Positions 12,849 through 25,000 of a stretch of 64,000 nucleotides of DNA are shown here, piece after piece. The DNA is from Phoronis australis (taxonomy: Eukaryota; Animalia; Phoronida). A program made the translations under genes and the position numbers. The stretch is taken from NCBI GenBank assembly GCA_002633005.1, contig NMRA01000127.1, forward strand, positions 841,200 to 905,199, read 5' to 3'. A model generated the notes under the pieces. That model was not told the DNA's origin and searched no databases. It saw only the letters and a program-made list of their open reading frames with translations. Numbering within the stretch: the first letter of the stretch is position 1; every line of letters starts with the position of its first letter.

Positions 12849-12915
12849 ATGTGTTTGTTATTGCTTATTCTACGAGTGTTATTTCTGTCCCCGGAAACTG
12901 ATCTCGTTCTTACGG
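12849..12915 (+). CDS. Second, weaker candidate signal-peptide exon (MCLLLLILRVLFLSPETDLVLT, phase 1)
   Basis: ATG followed by a hydrophobic run and a G|GTAATT donor in phase 1. No paralog supports it. Confidence 0.25.
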
Positions 12916-13847
12916 GTAATTTCATGCTCTCCATTTCGGGTATTTGCTTATACATCTGCAAAAGTGTCCGGTGGTCTATCAATTACATTGGACCTCTATC
13001 CCTACTTTCTTCAAAATCCAAGCATGTCAGGTATCTAATCTCCATGCCTGCCGAGTGTAAAACTGAAGCCCAGAAATAATGTTTATTAGCGCTATTTCTC
13101 GTTTCTATTACAATTATTGCATGTTATAGTTTTCATATTAAACATTTTAAAGAAGCGAATCTGCGCCCTTTTAGAATATCATGTAAGTCAAAGTAAAGTT
13201 ATTCGTTACAAAATGAACTTGAATCCAATTTAACCATGATTATTAAATGGAAAAGTACCAATAATGGAAGGATATGCAGGAAAATATCATTTTAAGACAT
13301 GCACTCATACAAAGGATAGCTCTCGCATCTATAAACGGAACTTGGGGGACTACATGCGACACTTGAGTACCGTTTCATTTGTGAAAACTGCGTCATGTCG
13401 GATAAAGGTGCATGTACCTAGAAACGGGCTCATACCGTAAGACAGAAACTTCAGAATAATTACAAAAAATAATCTTTTGGGAGATATTGATTTTTGAAAG
13501 TTGTGTTGTCCTTATCTTCAAAAATAATCATTGTCGAGTCAAAGAAAATTGTTAATTTTCCACTGTCTTAAAATTTCAAAACATATTTAATGTAAGGCTA
13601 CTGAAATGACAAACTGCGTTTTAGTTACATGATCGCTAATTAACCTATTGGAATCCTTTTGAGCTCCAACTACTAGATATTTATCTACCCCTTGTAGATT
13701 AATGCCATAGATAATGAAGTATTGAGATTTTAATCCATGATTTGAACGAGCTGGAAGGGATTTTTTTCGGAAGCAACNNNNNNNNNNNNNNNNNNNNNNN
13801 NNNNNNNNNNNNNNNNNNNNNNNNNNNNNNNNNNNNNNNNNNNNNNN

Positions 13848-14906
13848 GTACCCGTATTCTCACGCTCTTTACTGAAGAAGACACAATTGTTTCCTTTGGC
13901 TCAAGCGCGGAACTCGTGTTAGCATGTACTGACCACTGAGACAGCACTTGTCAAATGTATTTCATTGCGGTGGAAGAACCAACAAAGCGGTATTTGACAA
14001 GAATTTCAAATCCGTGGCCTCCCTTTCTGGATTCCCCTAACAGTACACGAAACATCAACACCCTGAGCAATGAAATAAAAAAAACAAACAAAAAAACTCG
14101 AGTACACTCGGCTGGTAAATAACCAACGATTTTGGAAACTCCATCGACATTATTTTGGACGCATTGTTTTGAATACAAGCAGATACGGTCCATTGTTCCG
14201 TGTCTCCGTTAAACACATGTTTTTAACGACTCACTCTTGGCCACCCCTATTGCCTAATAGTAGTATCGTCCAGTTGTTGAGCCCGTGCTTTGAACAAATT
14301 CTGGGAGGTCGGTGTTGGCTGTTCAACATCGAAAGAAATATACAATGTATATAAAATGTTACATTGTTCAAACTTAGTGCAAAGTATTTAAAAGAAAGAT
14401 CAGCTCTCAATCATTAACACATGTTTGGTTGCCAAAGTAACTAGCGGCAGCATATCTTTACAAAATCAGCTGCTTGCCGTAGCTATACATGACGATATAG
14501 CGTAGTCTTGCGTGATTTTGCTTTTCTCTCAAGAAACGTGCCCTACTGAAGGCACGTCTATCTGTAAGAATACCTTAGTTCCAAAACATGACGAGCAGCG
14601 ACCGAGGTACCTAAAAACCCAATCACGCTCGGGATCACGGCGCTACTGTATCGTGTGCGCTATTCCACTTCAGCCCGACGAGGTCCGTTACTTCAATCCA
14701 CCGGCGTATATTTTAACTGACATGCTTGAAATCTGACGTCAGTATAGCACCGTGAGGGTAAAATCGGTCCTTTGTGCAGTAAACACCCACTCCCGACTTT
14801 TCAGAAAATTCGATTTTAACCGCCCATGCTCGGCTTACCGCCCACCCCCCTGTTTTTTAGATTCCCAATTTAAGCGCCCTGGGCAGTAATCCGGACGAGT
14901 ACGGTA
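13848..14906 (-). mobile_element. Possible pogo/Tigger-like (TcMar) transposon relic
   Basis: The terminus ...AAGCGCCCTGGGCAGTAATCCGGACGAGTACGG|TA resembles TA|CCGTA-type TIRs. A related motif (TATTCGCCTTAATAAGCGCCC) lies at ~24077. There is no intact transposase. Confidence 0.3.
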
Positions 14907-15363
14907 TATAATTTTTCATTTATCAACCTTAGAGTCAAGGTGTTGGAACAGCAACTGCGACCCGTCTACACTTAGGTTAGATAACTAACCAGTTCATTGA
15001 TAAAACTGATCATGAATCATTAAGAAATCTACTGCGCAATAAAATCATTACATTCCACACACCAAGCTCGATCGACACAAGTCGTCCATTTCCATGTGAC
15101 GTTGTCGTAAACATTTACTACGTTTAACTTCATGTATATACATGTTTCAGAGATTCTCAATAATAAGTGCACTTGAAGAAATGAGAAAGGTGAAAAATGC
15201 CATACTTAGAAACTGATGTTTTTCTAAAAGCCTGATCAGGCACTGTATCAAATCTGGCTTTCATTGTACATCATGCTAACTACTTTTCAATATGAAATCC
15301 TACGCTAATTTATAGATAACGCGTAATGTGAGTTGTTTTTCATTTTGTTCTCATTTCCAAGTT

Positions 15364-16165
15364 GATAAAAACAACGATGAATTTAAATCGGCTTGACATG
15401 TTTCGACGTTTATTAAGCACCATCCTCACAAGCAAAAACAGTGGCCTTCTTGCTAAGCCCAACAACAAATAATCTTACACAGATACAATCAGTTACAGTA
15501 GAGTAACAATAGACTAGACTACCAATAGACCAGACTATCAATGACAACCTGTGGTGTGCCAGTTGGCTATCAAGACTGTGCTTTCACCAATTGATAGGTA
15601 GAACCTCACGAATTTTCATCTCACTTGATGTTTCTGCTTGGTCTATCCTGTAGACAATGCTAACTACAAGTATTTTAAAATGCCCTATGTTGTTAACATT
15701 AAAATCGCCAAAACCGTCCAATTTGTTTAACCCTAGAGACAAAATAGTTATGGGACTACGGTCCAGAGTAGTGTACAAATTTATCTGGATGTGACTCCAG
15801 TTCTATTAGCGAAACTAATCGCCATCTGAAAACACGGACAAAGGAATATCTAAATTCTGAAAGTTTACATATCAATATTCATCCACAGAGCTCCAATAGG
15901 TGTAATGAGCAGTGCTCTTTCAATGACATTGCTATGATAGACCAAGCAGAAACAACAAGGAAGCTGAAAAGTCGTGATGCTCTACATGTCAGTTGGTGTA
16001 AGTCCAGTCTCAATAAGCAACTGGCACACCAAAGGTTTCCATTGTTAGCCTAGTCTACTGTTATACGCCTCTGTAACTGCCTGTGTCTTTGTATCATTGC
16101 CTGTTGTTGGGCCTACCAAAGTGTCCACTGTTTCTCAGTTAAATCCATCGTTGTATTTGTAAACA
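15364..16165. mobile_element. Penelope-like retroelement relic with inverted 3' duplication
   Basis: The + strand at 15791-15850 reads CDSSSISETNRHLKTRTKEY (decayed YIGET..R.L.TR..EH GIY-YIG motif). 15935-16045 reads IDQAETTRKLKSRDALHVSWCKSSLNKQLAHQ. The same C-terminal segment is inverted at 15364-15660 (IDQAETSSEMKIREVLPINW). Confidence 0.7.
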
Positions 16166-18365
16166 AATGCTGCTACTTGCTATCATGGAAATCATTTCGA
16201 TGTGATTTTATAACCATGGTATATTTATGTAATAAAAAGAAATATCCAAGACAACGACGTTCGTTGGTTTCTCCTAAAATCTTGGATGACGCAGCGCATT
16301 TGATATTTGATTTCTAGATTTTAGCACCTCCTTGTATAGTCCCCTACTGCAAAAGAAAACTTCCAATTTGGCGTCTTACTCTTTAAAAGCGTCTTTAGCG
16401 CAAGCGAATTTTTTGGTAACATCAACGCCTTACCAATTTGAAGGTAATTAGGGAAAATGTCTAATAATGTACCGAATCAGCGTGCCGCACGTGTACAGTC
16501 CTAAAGCGTCATACTGGTTGCCTTGCGAGAATCTAAACTGCAAATTATGTGAGCATGAAATTTTAGTTGTTGTCGGATATTACGCTAGACAACCGTATCT
16601 GATAATAAAGGGAAAATTGTGATGTACACGTACTGTGTCTTCAAGTGAAGTGTCTGAATTCGATAAAAAAGCCATTTACAACAAGTTGCCTAAGCTACCA
16701 GGAAGTAGTGGATGTGTTTAAAAGATTAACGATGTTATGGTTACCTTTAACGGCTGCTGCTGTCGTTGTTACTGTAACTGTTATGTTGAAATAAAAATTA
16801 TCATATAAAAGAGATAGCCGTAATCCGAATGTGAAATTATGATGACCTTGTTCATGTTTAGAATTGCCGACAGTGAAAATGCATCGGACGGGGCGTTTGA
16901 CCATCACGTAACATTGAGACGAGACCCTCCCACCTACTCTGGTAGGCCTACCTTGCGTAGATATTTCAGTCAGGTCAAAGTCAACCCAAGCACGAACTTT
17001 CTTAATTAAGGAATGTTTCATTGCACGCTACTAAATGCAATATACAGAGATGACAAGCATATTCATAGAAAACCGTTCAACCCAACGCAAAAACTAAGCC
17101 AGATAACCAACAATGTCAGCTTATGGTTTTGCATCTGTAGTCGATTGCTGGACGATCACATCCATTTATCCACCCCAATAATTTTGTGTTACGCTTTCTA
17201 CTACTGCCTTGATCATTGTCTCAGGCAATGATGCAACCGTCTAGTTATACATTTGCTTGTAGAATGAACACACAGTCCTCGCAAGTTCTTAACTACGGCA
17301 AAATAAGAAGCCATGTAAGACTATCTTGACAGTAAGCTCCAGCGGAACGTATAGTTTTTTTAAAACCCCAATAGATACAGAAAGCCAATAGCTGAACAAC
17401 TGTTGCAATATCCTCAACTTTATTTCATTTGTGACTTGGTCTTTTGGATGCAGCAGACGACGCTTTGCCTATTAAGTGCTACGTCGAAAGATGGCGTTGG
17501 TTTCAAGACGTGTTGTGTAATTTGTGGCTACATCAGGAGTCGATATTTGGCAACCCTAAGACACATTTCGTATGACCAACTGCAATTTGACATAATACAA
17601 AAGTCCTCAAAGTTTGCCGAGTTTGGACGGACGGAGATCTTTTCTTTTTGTCTGAATGAGTGACCAGATGGTCCTTGGGGCCAAAAGAAAGTTTTTAGTT
17701 TAAACGCCAAACCAGCGACAACTGTCTCGTTTGTTCCGACCAAATTTGAAAACCGATCAAAAACATTCATTTACCTGTAGGGGGCTAGGCCTACATTCTT
17801 TCACCCACTATATGTAACGCTGCGCCAATATCCAGAATTAGGGGCATCATCGACCATATTTGCGTTAACAGGCAGTTTTAATATCAGTCGAAATCCGTCA
17901 CCGACAAGTTTAATCGCTTGTTTTTCGTCCGATAACCATTACGTCGAAAGACAACATAGCCCAATCAGAACTCTCGGATTGGACGTTCTTAGATAAAGCC
18001 CCTAATTACAAGAAAACAAGACGTATACTCTTCTGCGGGTACTCTCATAGCAGAAGTTTACCGGACATGCCGCTCCGATAGATTACTTTCACTACTTTCC
18101 CTGCTACAGCGTGACTTTTTTGACAAGATTCCCTGTAAAAGTGTGATAATGAAACTCTAAGAAAAGCGTTCTCTTCCACTTAGATAACCTGTAGCAAGTT
18201 TTTACAAAATCTGAATTCATAAACTTTGATTGTAAAAGTTAGACTATTTTTTTTTCTAAATATGTCTTCTGTATTGCTTCAAGCTGGCCAAAAACCTCTA
18301 GAAAAGGGTTAGGATTACGGAATTAACTTTTAAGTAGTCCACTCTCCAAATGGATAGGTATCGTA

Positions 18366-19900
18366 AGTAGTACAGTAAGAGGTTTAGGAGTCTTATTTTG
18401 CGGCTCCTCGGGTCAAAGGTCATAGGTCAAAGGGTAAAGGTCAAATGTCGCGTGATATTACTGCAATCGGAAGGGATACCATCCGCCTACCGGACGGATG
18501 TGTCAATGACGTCACACTTCATGACGTAATACGTTTATTTGGACCCGTTGGAGATGCACCTCGATCCAAGGTCAAAGGTCATCCATTTGAAAGGAAAAGG
18601 TTAAAGGTCACATGGAATAACTGCAATCGGAAGGGACACCATACGCCTACCGGACGGATGTGTCAATGACGTTACACCTCTTGACGTAATAGGTTTAATT
18701 GGACCCGTTAGAGAGGCACCTCAATGCCCGTTTTGCGGCTCCTAGCAACGGATCGAGAATCGAAACAAAAGAGGGATGCTGAATAAGAACAAAACTTATT
18801 TCGTGTGCGCCGAGTGTCATCGTTGTATATTGTGTGTTCTGCCTCATATATCAAAAAAGGCGTATACAAAAGGGGGTAACCACCCAACTCAACAACAGAT
18901 GTCGCGTAAAGTCTAACCCAGGCCCCGACGGTACTAAGAGAATCGTACTCATAATACTAATCATAAGAAGCGACCAGCTAACACAGAACATAAAACTTAT
19001 AGCGTTTAAACGTGTATTAATGACAAACCAACACTACAAAAATCATCATTCGAATATAAAATCATCAAAACGTTCAGAAAAGTAGTATATAGCAAATTTA
19101 TCAAATGTCCGAATTAAATGTTCAAAGGTCCAGTGGTGACGCCGTCGTCGAACACTTGTCGTTTGGGATAAAAGTAGTTGAACGCGCATCTCTCTTGCAT
19201 GTAGGTATAATAGTGTTATCACCGCCTAACCGGAATCTTTTGTTTAGGGCCGAGCTACTCTTTGTGGTCTGTAATACTTTCAGATACCTCGCCTTGTCGA
19301 TTGCATTTCTTTGTCTTTGCACTCCTTTACAGCTAAAATGAGATCGACCGTCGTCCGCTTCCACGTAGTATGTTTTAGAGCAAAGGGCGATGCAGTAGTC
19401 CCCTTCAAATTCCAGTTTCAATAAGCCGGGTGTGCGCGTGTCGTAAGCTTCGTTTTCTTCCGTGTCCGTTCGCGGAAACCAAAGATGTTTTTCCCTCTCG
19501 AAAGCTGCTCGCATGTCAGGTTTAATTACGTCCTCAAGACAGTTACCGGATATAGCCATGTACGCCGAGTCCGTGTCCATTTCGCAATATTCGAAATCGG
19601 ATCTGTCGACGAATCTTAACATGAAGTCGTAGTAAAACTCCAACATGCGTACTGATAAACGAAAAAGCCTATTTGAAGCGGCAGGTTCAGGCGGATGGTC
19701 TTCTTTTTCATCTCCAATTCGTAGGTTCCGTCCCCGATGTAGTTGACGTGTCTAAATTCCGGGAATTGGACTTCCCGTTAAGCCTTAGCCTCCCCGCAAT
19801 ACTTTACGTCACGATGTCTTTCTTGATTCGTTACCGTCTTACCATACGCGCTGTTCCCTATGAGTTTCATCGTCTGCACCACGATCGCTTTGTTTTTATC
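18366..19900 (-). mobile_element. Truncated Polinton/Maverick (adintovirus-like) element: one terminus plus the 3' part of pPolB
   Basis: Begins AGTAGTACAG at 18366 (Polinton-type AGT terminus). Subterminal direct repeats 18460-18562 and 18620-18722, followed by the end of the polymerase gene. Confidence 0.75.
19114..19900 (-). pseudogene. Protein-primed family-B DNA polymerase fragment (C-terminal), disrupted
   Basis: The minus strand reads MKLIGNSAYGKTVTN (motif B KxxxNSxYGK), then an in-frame TAA at 19778-80. It continues LPLQIGFFVYQYA [deletion/frameshift] MLEFYYDF...EMDTDSAY (motif C)...RTPGLLKLEFEG...IALCSKTYY...FSCKGV, then after a frameshift TYMQERCAFNYFYPKRQVFDDGVTTGPLNI*. Confidence 0.92.
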
Positions 19901-22025
19901 TTACGAGCGTAAATTAAATTACAGGAGTGTCACCGTACAATTACGCTCGTAAATTAAATGGGGGAAAGTTTCGCCGTAAAATTACGCTCGTAATTACGAG
20001 CGTAAGTTACCGGTAAATTGCAAAAGTGTTGCAGTAAAATTACGCCCGTAAATTAAATGGGCGAAATGTCGCCGTAAGTTACACTCGTAAAATACCTTAA
20101 AGGAGAATGCCACCCGATTTAATTGGTCTTTTTTGCGGTCTTAATCGGTCTATATCCACATCGCCTTGCATACGGTCGACCTTAACTTGCCAAGAGGCGT
20201 TAACCTGTGAGGAAGGTGAGAAACGACGCTAGCGACGTCAGTGGTTAATATGCAGAGTGAATGCCGCTATGTTGCGGTGCATCGTTCCCGATTGTCCGAA
20301 CTAAGCAGCTGCGAGGAAAGCGGGTATATCGTTTTTTTACTTCCTCGAGAGTCCGAAATGCTTAGGAAGTGGATCATGGTAGTGAAGAATGAAATGTACG
20401 CTGTAAATAGCAAGTATGAGGCCGTGTCTGTGGCCTGCAGACGTCGACAGGGCCTGACGAATGCCGGCTTAACAAATAACTCCATACGTTCTGTTGTCTG
20501 AGCTTGTTCACGGCGCCTCTCTAGTATTTCTTCATCACTGTATTCCTGTTCGAATTGATAGCCTGTAAAACTTAACGATCCACGTGCGAAGTCGGGACTG
20601 ATGAGCCCTAGCTCGTCCTAAGTCGGGATTGCGACTGAGTTGCCATGTTGGCGTTCATTACTGAGCGTTCTGTTTCAAAATGAATTATTCTCACCCTAAC
20701 CAATACTTATATAAAACTGAAACAAAGTCTGTCTCATTAGATGCAATTTGTTATGCCTTTGGAGTGTTCGTGAGTGCAAATGATTTGAGAAGCCAGCAAT
20801 GAATAAATCACTGCGTTACCGGCTTTAGGTGCAATAAAACTAACTGACCGGGGACACCGAGGCCGTGTGAGCTCATGCTAATTTAGTGTTTGCTGGCAGA
20901 AACTGTTGTGAAACAACTCGATTTCCATCCCACGGCCAGGTGTTAGGGGAATCTTTATTTACATTTACATTACTCAAATAATCATTGTCAATGTATAACT
21001 TCTGCCCTGACGGTACTGTGGCCAAAGCGGAACCTGAATTCCCGGCCCCCGACGAGTAAGTAGATTTGCAGTTTCGTGACTAATTCACCAACATAATCAG
21101 GTGCACATTACTTTGGCTCACTAGATAGAATTTTCTTGACTGGGAGTTTAGTTTCCACTTAACTTTGGCTTCTTTATGTTCATGATGTCTGATTAGTTTC
21201 CGAGCCACGGCCGGGATAACAAGCGTTTTGTGTTTAAAAAATAAAAAATCAAAAGTCTAAACAACACAGATCTAGGTTCTCCTGTCTGTATCTCACCGAA
21301 AATACTTTGAAATTATCTCCGAACAGACCCCAAACTCCTGCTACGGACCTTATTGGCCTGCCGAACTTTGTAGGCTACGGTGTGTCCAAATATGTTTATA
21401 TGTATATATGTGTTTTTATAAGAGCTCGGTGTATTTTTAACGGTTTTACATCGAAGTTTGATGATTTATTGGTGTTAAACGATGACTTCAACCGATAAGC
21501 TGACACCAGTAACCCGTGTTGTGAATTGCTGAACAGACTGCGTGTGAAACCGATGACGTCATTGGATAATTTCAACACCTCCGTCTGCCATCAGGTGTCA
21601 TGTAACGCAACCGTACGTGTCGTTATGGGGTAGAACTACTCGATCTAAATTGATACAGATTAGGTTGTTTTTTGGGTGACATACTCCTTTAAGAAAGTTC
21701 CAAATTTAAACCAATCAGTGATGATCTAAGATACACGACTGTTGCTAGGCAGTTCTTGCACAATCGCTGACATGGCAGCAGCGATTTGATCCGCCATGAT
21801 TCAGAGCTCGTATCGTAGACATGAAATCCGTCAGTAATTAAGTATTTCCATGAGCGCGCACGATCGTGGATTGAAAAACCCAACGTCATTGGCTAAGAAT
21901 TTAAACTAAATTACGAGCGTAATTTTACGCCGTAAAGAATTAAATTACGCTCGTAATTTTACGGCATAATTAACAGCGTAATGTACACAATTACGCTCGT
22001 ATTTTTCCGGCGACACTTTCCCCCC
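19901..22025. mobile_element. Element built of palindromic AATTACG(A/C)(G/T)CGTAA subrepeats with inverted ends; hosts the Kolobok-like insertion
   Basis: Subrepeat arrays at 19901-20092 and 21908-22025. GGGGGAAAGTTTCGCCG (~19960) is the near reverse complement of CGGCGACACTTTCCCCC (~22008). The element begins exactly where pPolB breaks off. Confidence 0.55.
20101..21688 (+). mobile_element. Internally deleted Kolobok-like DNA transposon (TTAA TSD)
   Basis: TTAA|AGGAGAATGCCACCC ... GGGTGACATACTCCT|TTAA (13/15 TIR match, TTAA on both sides). A decayed THAP N-terminus lies at 20269-20390 (MLRCIVPDCPN*...GISFF/LPRESEMLRKWIMVVK). A convergent minus-strand remnant GYQFEQEYSDEEI lies at ~20525-20563. 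Confidence 0.7.
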
Positions 22026-25000
22026 AACGGCCCATCATAGATCTGATTCGTCTGTAAGCCAAAGGTCGTCATTGAGGAACAATCTGGGTTGAGTGTCGTA
22101 AACCAAAATACATCAGCTTGTACTTGGGCGGGAAATCTTGGCTGAGGGAACAAAATCATTGACTTCAATCCCACATTTAAACACGTCATTCTCGCCGAAC
22201 AATTTACTTCAGTGGCTGCCATTTTGCTGACTTAAGCCAGTGGGTGTTTGAGCAAACTCGCAAAACGCTTGATTTTGCAATATCTTGCGAGATCATGCTT
22301 TTCTTGCAAGAAACTAGGTTTATAGAACGCTCTCAAGGTGCCCGTTCTGTAGACTCAATACACTAGCGAATACGCAAAATCACGAAATGTTTCGGGAGAT
22401 AACGCCATGCAGTACATGCAAAGCACGTAATCATATTAGCATTACTCGCGAGTTTCTTGCGTCAGCAGAAGAAAGTCTGGTGCCCGGTTGCACGAAACAG
22501 TCCTAAATAGAGGCTCTGAGCTCCCTTAATTGAATTTGTGTTATTCTTTACTCACAGATGTAATCTTTTTCTCTCTTTGTTATGAGCTCCTCTTTAGCTA
22601 ATAGCAATTTTCAACCACTGAAATCGGAGCCCTTAGCTCAATGAAAATTTATAGAAGCTCAGTCCTTAATTAGGGATTTGCATTGAAAATTCAACATAGG
22701 ATTCATTCTCAATTTGTATCAAAGCCAAAAACTGACTTAGTAATGAAACTAAAACTGTATTATATGGGACAATCAGTACTTCCACGCGCCCACAAATACA
22801 CAGTAGTATTAGGGTACTTGGTCGAATCCCAGTCTGCCACTGTTTCATGTAGATATCTTAGCCTGGCTCAGCCTAGTCCCCATGCCTCACTATTGCGCTG
22901 ATAGATTTAGCCATTGAGGCATGGTGAGGAAATATCCCTTTTGTGGGCTGATTGGCCGTGGGCGACATTTACTGCTGACAAGAGCGACACGAGAAACCTT
23001 CGAACATTCTAATCTCTGAATACTTCTAAAATACCAGTTGTTAAAGACTCTTGTCCTTACTTCTTTGTTGTGATAAATTTGATAATTTGTTCCAGAAACT
23101 AAACAAGATCCAAACGCGTTGTTATTGCTACACGATTCCAAATTTCGGAAGCAGAAAATATTGCCTTCGTTATTGTTTGAAGTAAAAGGTGCTCGCGTAC
23201 TTATTGTCAATTCTGCTTTATTGAAAGCACTATAGAAATTATCCTGCTTTAAATTCAAATACACCATTTTTTACAATGATCTAATCCTAATTTGCTGCAT
23301 TCATACATCTTATTTTGATTTTTGTATTATACTACAGCAATATATTTATATAACCTAATATCACTTGTGATATTGCGGCGATTTCTCCACACCAAGACTC
23401 AAATGGTTAAACCGATCTGCGCCATCTTGAAGCTTTTGGACGAGGCTGAGCCGGGCTGTGATCTGCCAGATGCACGAATCTCTAGTGCAACTGGAGTTGT
23501 CACATGCTTCGCTTACAAAGCTTGGCGATGTCTCACGCCTTGTGAGATCCGGCGTTTTCATGAACTTCTTGCGATTTCGGAAACCTGCTTCACTTGATCT
23601 GGCGTAACCGGCCAAATGAATTAAGTGCAGCCAAGGGAATAGCGGTTCAAAAGTATGACGACTGCCGTGAAAAAACTTTAAAAGGGTTCACTGAGTTGAT
23701 TCAAACGGAATCTGGCTAAAGTAGTGCGCCATTAATCAAAGTGAAAGCTCCTGGTGGGAAACTATAGGAGGAGCGATATATTCCCCGTGATGCATCGTGG
23801 AAAATGGAGTTATCACGCAATAACATTTTAGAAGTACCTATACATGTATAACATATGTAGATATATATAATAGGTAAAATAAATGCAGAAGTCAACGAAG
23901 GTACGCCTAGAGGAATAGCGGAGTTGCAGCCGAATCGATTTAACGATTGCGCATGTCCGGAAATAAGGGTGCGCAAAGGCTATTGGGATTGATAAGGGTA
24001 AATGGAATGGCCGATTGGTTTGCATGACGTGTGATTTGTGTGCATTAAACTACGCTGCTGTGTGCAATTCTGCCGCTATTCGCCTTAATAAGCGCCCATG
24101 CCCCAACAAGTGCCCCAACGCGTTTTCAGACTTTGCTAAAGTAAGCGCCCAGCCCATGAACTACATGCGAAAAATGCCCTTACCTACAATTCTAACATCT
24201 CCAATTTATCAATTGAAAGATCCGACAGTCCTGAATTTGTAGACCACGAGCCTCACCGTTATGTGCGTATACACTTCAAACTTACGCCGCGATTCAAAAA
24301 CAACGCAGAAGTTTTGCTGCTCTTGCGAGGGATGTGCCCCACTACTCGGGTGTGGACTTTGAAAAGAGATGCAGCGTACTTGTCAGTGGCCTTGCATTGT
24401 TTCTTTCCGGTACAGATCTTCTCCGGCCTCAACAGGAATCCAAACTTCTTTGTACACGTGAAAACCGTGAATCGAAGACTAATAAAAAAATCGACCAGTG
24501 TTAGCACGCGGCCAAGAAGCGCGCGCTGCATAATGTACCGGCTGTCATCGAAGACATTTAGTCGGGAACTATCTATTCATGAAACGGGTAACAAAGCATC
24601 GGCAAATAAATATTGGCACTAATTTTTGAAAGTTTCTAATACCGTAAAGAACTTTTGCATTTTTGTTAAGAGAAATTATTTAACTAATCGTTATTGGTGT
24701 TTTTAAGGACAAAAGGACCCACTTCGCACCCTTACACCCCAAATCTTCCGGAAAATAGCTGTTACACTACGGTCACGCATTCACTCACCCGACGACTCAA
24801 TGAGTGACATATCGGTCTTACCGAAAAAATTCTCGAACGTTTTTTAGAAGATGAGGCCAGCAAGTGCTAAGCTAAATATTAAAACACGCTCTGCTTGACT
24901 GCTTGACTTAATTTCTTTGGATACAATGCACACCTAGATCATTACATTACCCTGGCAAATGAACTCTGATGACAAGCACACACACGCTTACTGTCACACA

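Noticed and set aside
19122-19646. Functional viral or host DNA polymerase gene
   Set aside because: In-frame stop, two frameshifts and loss of the N-terminal part; reported as a relic only.
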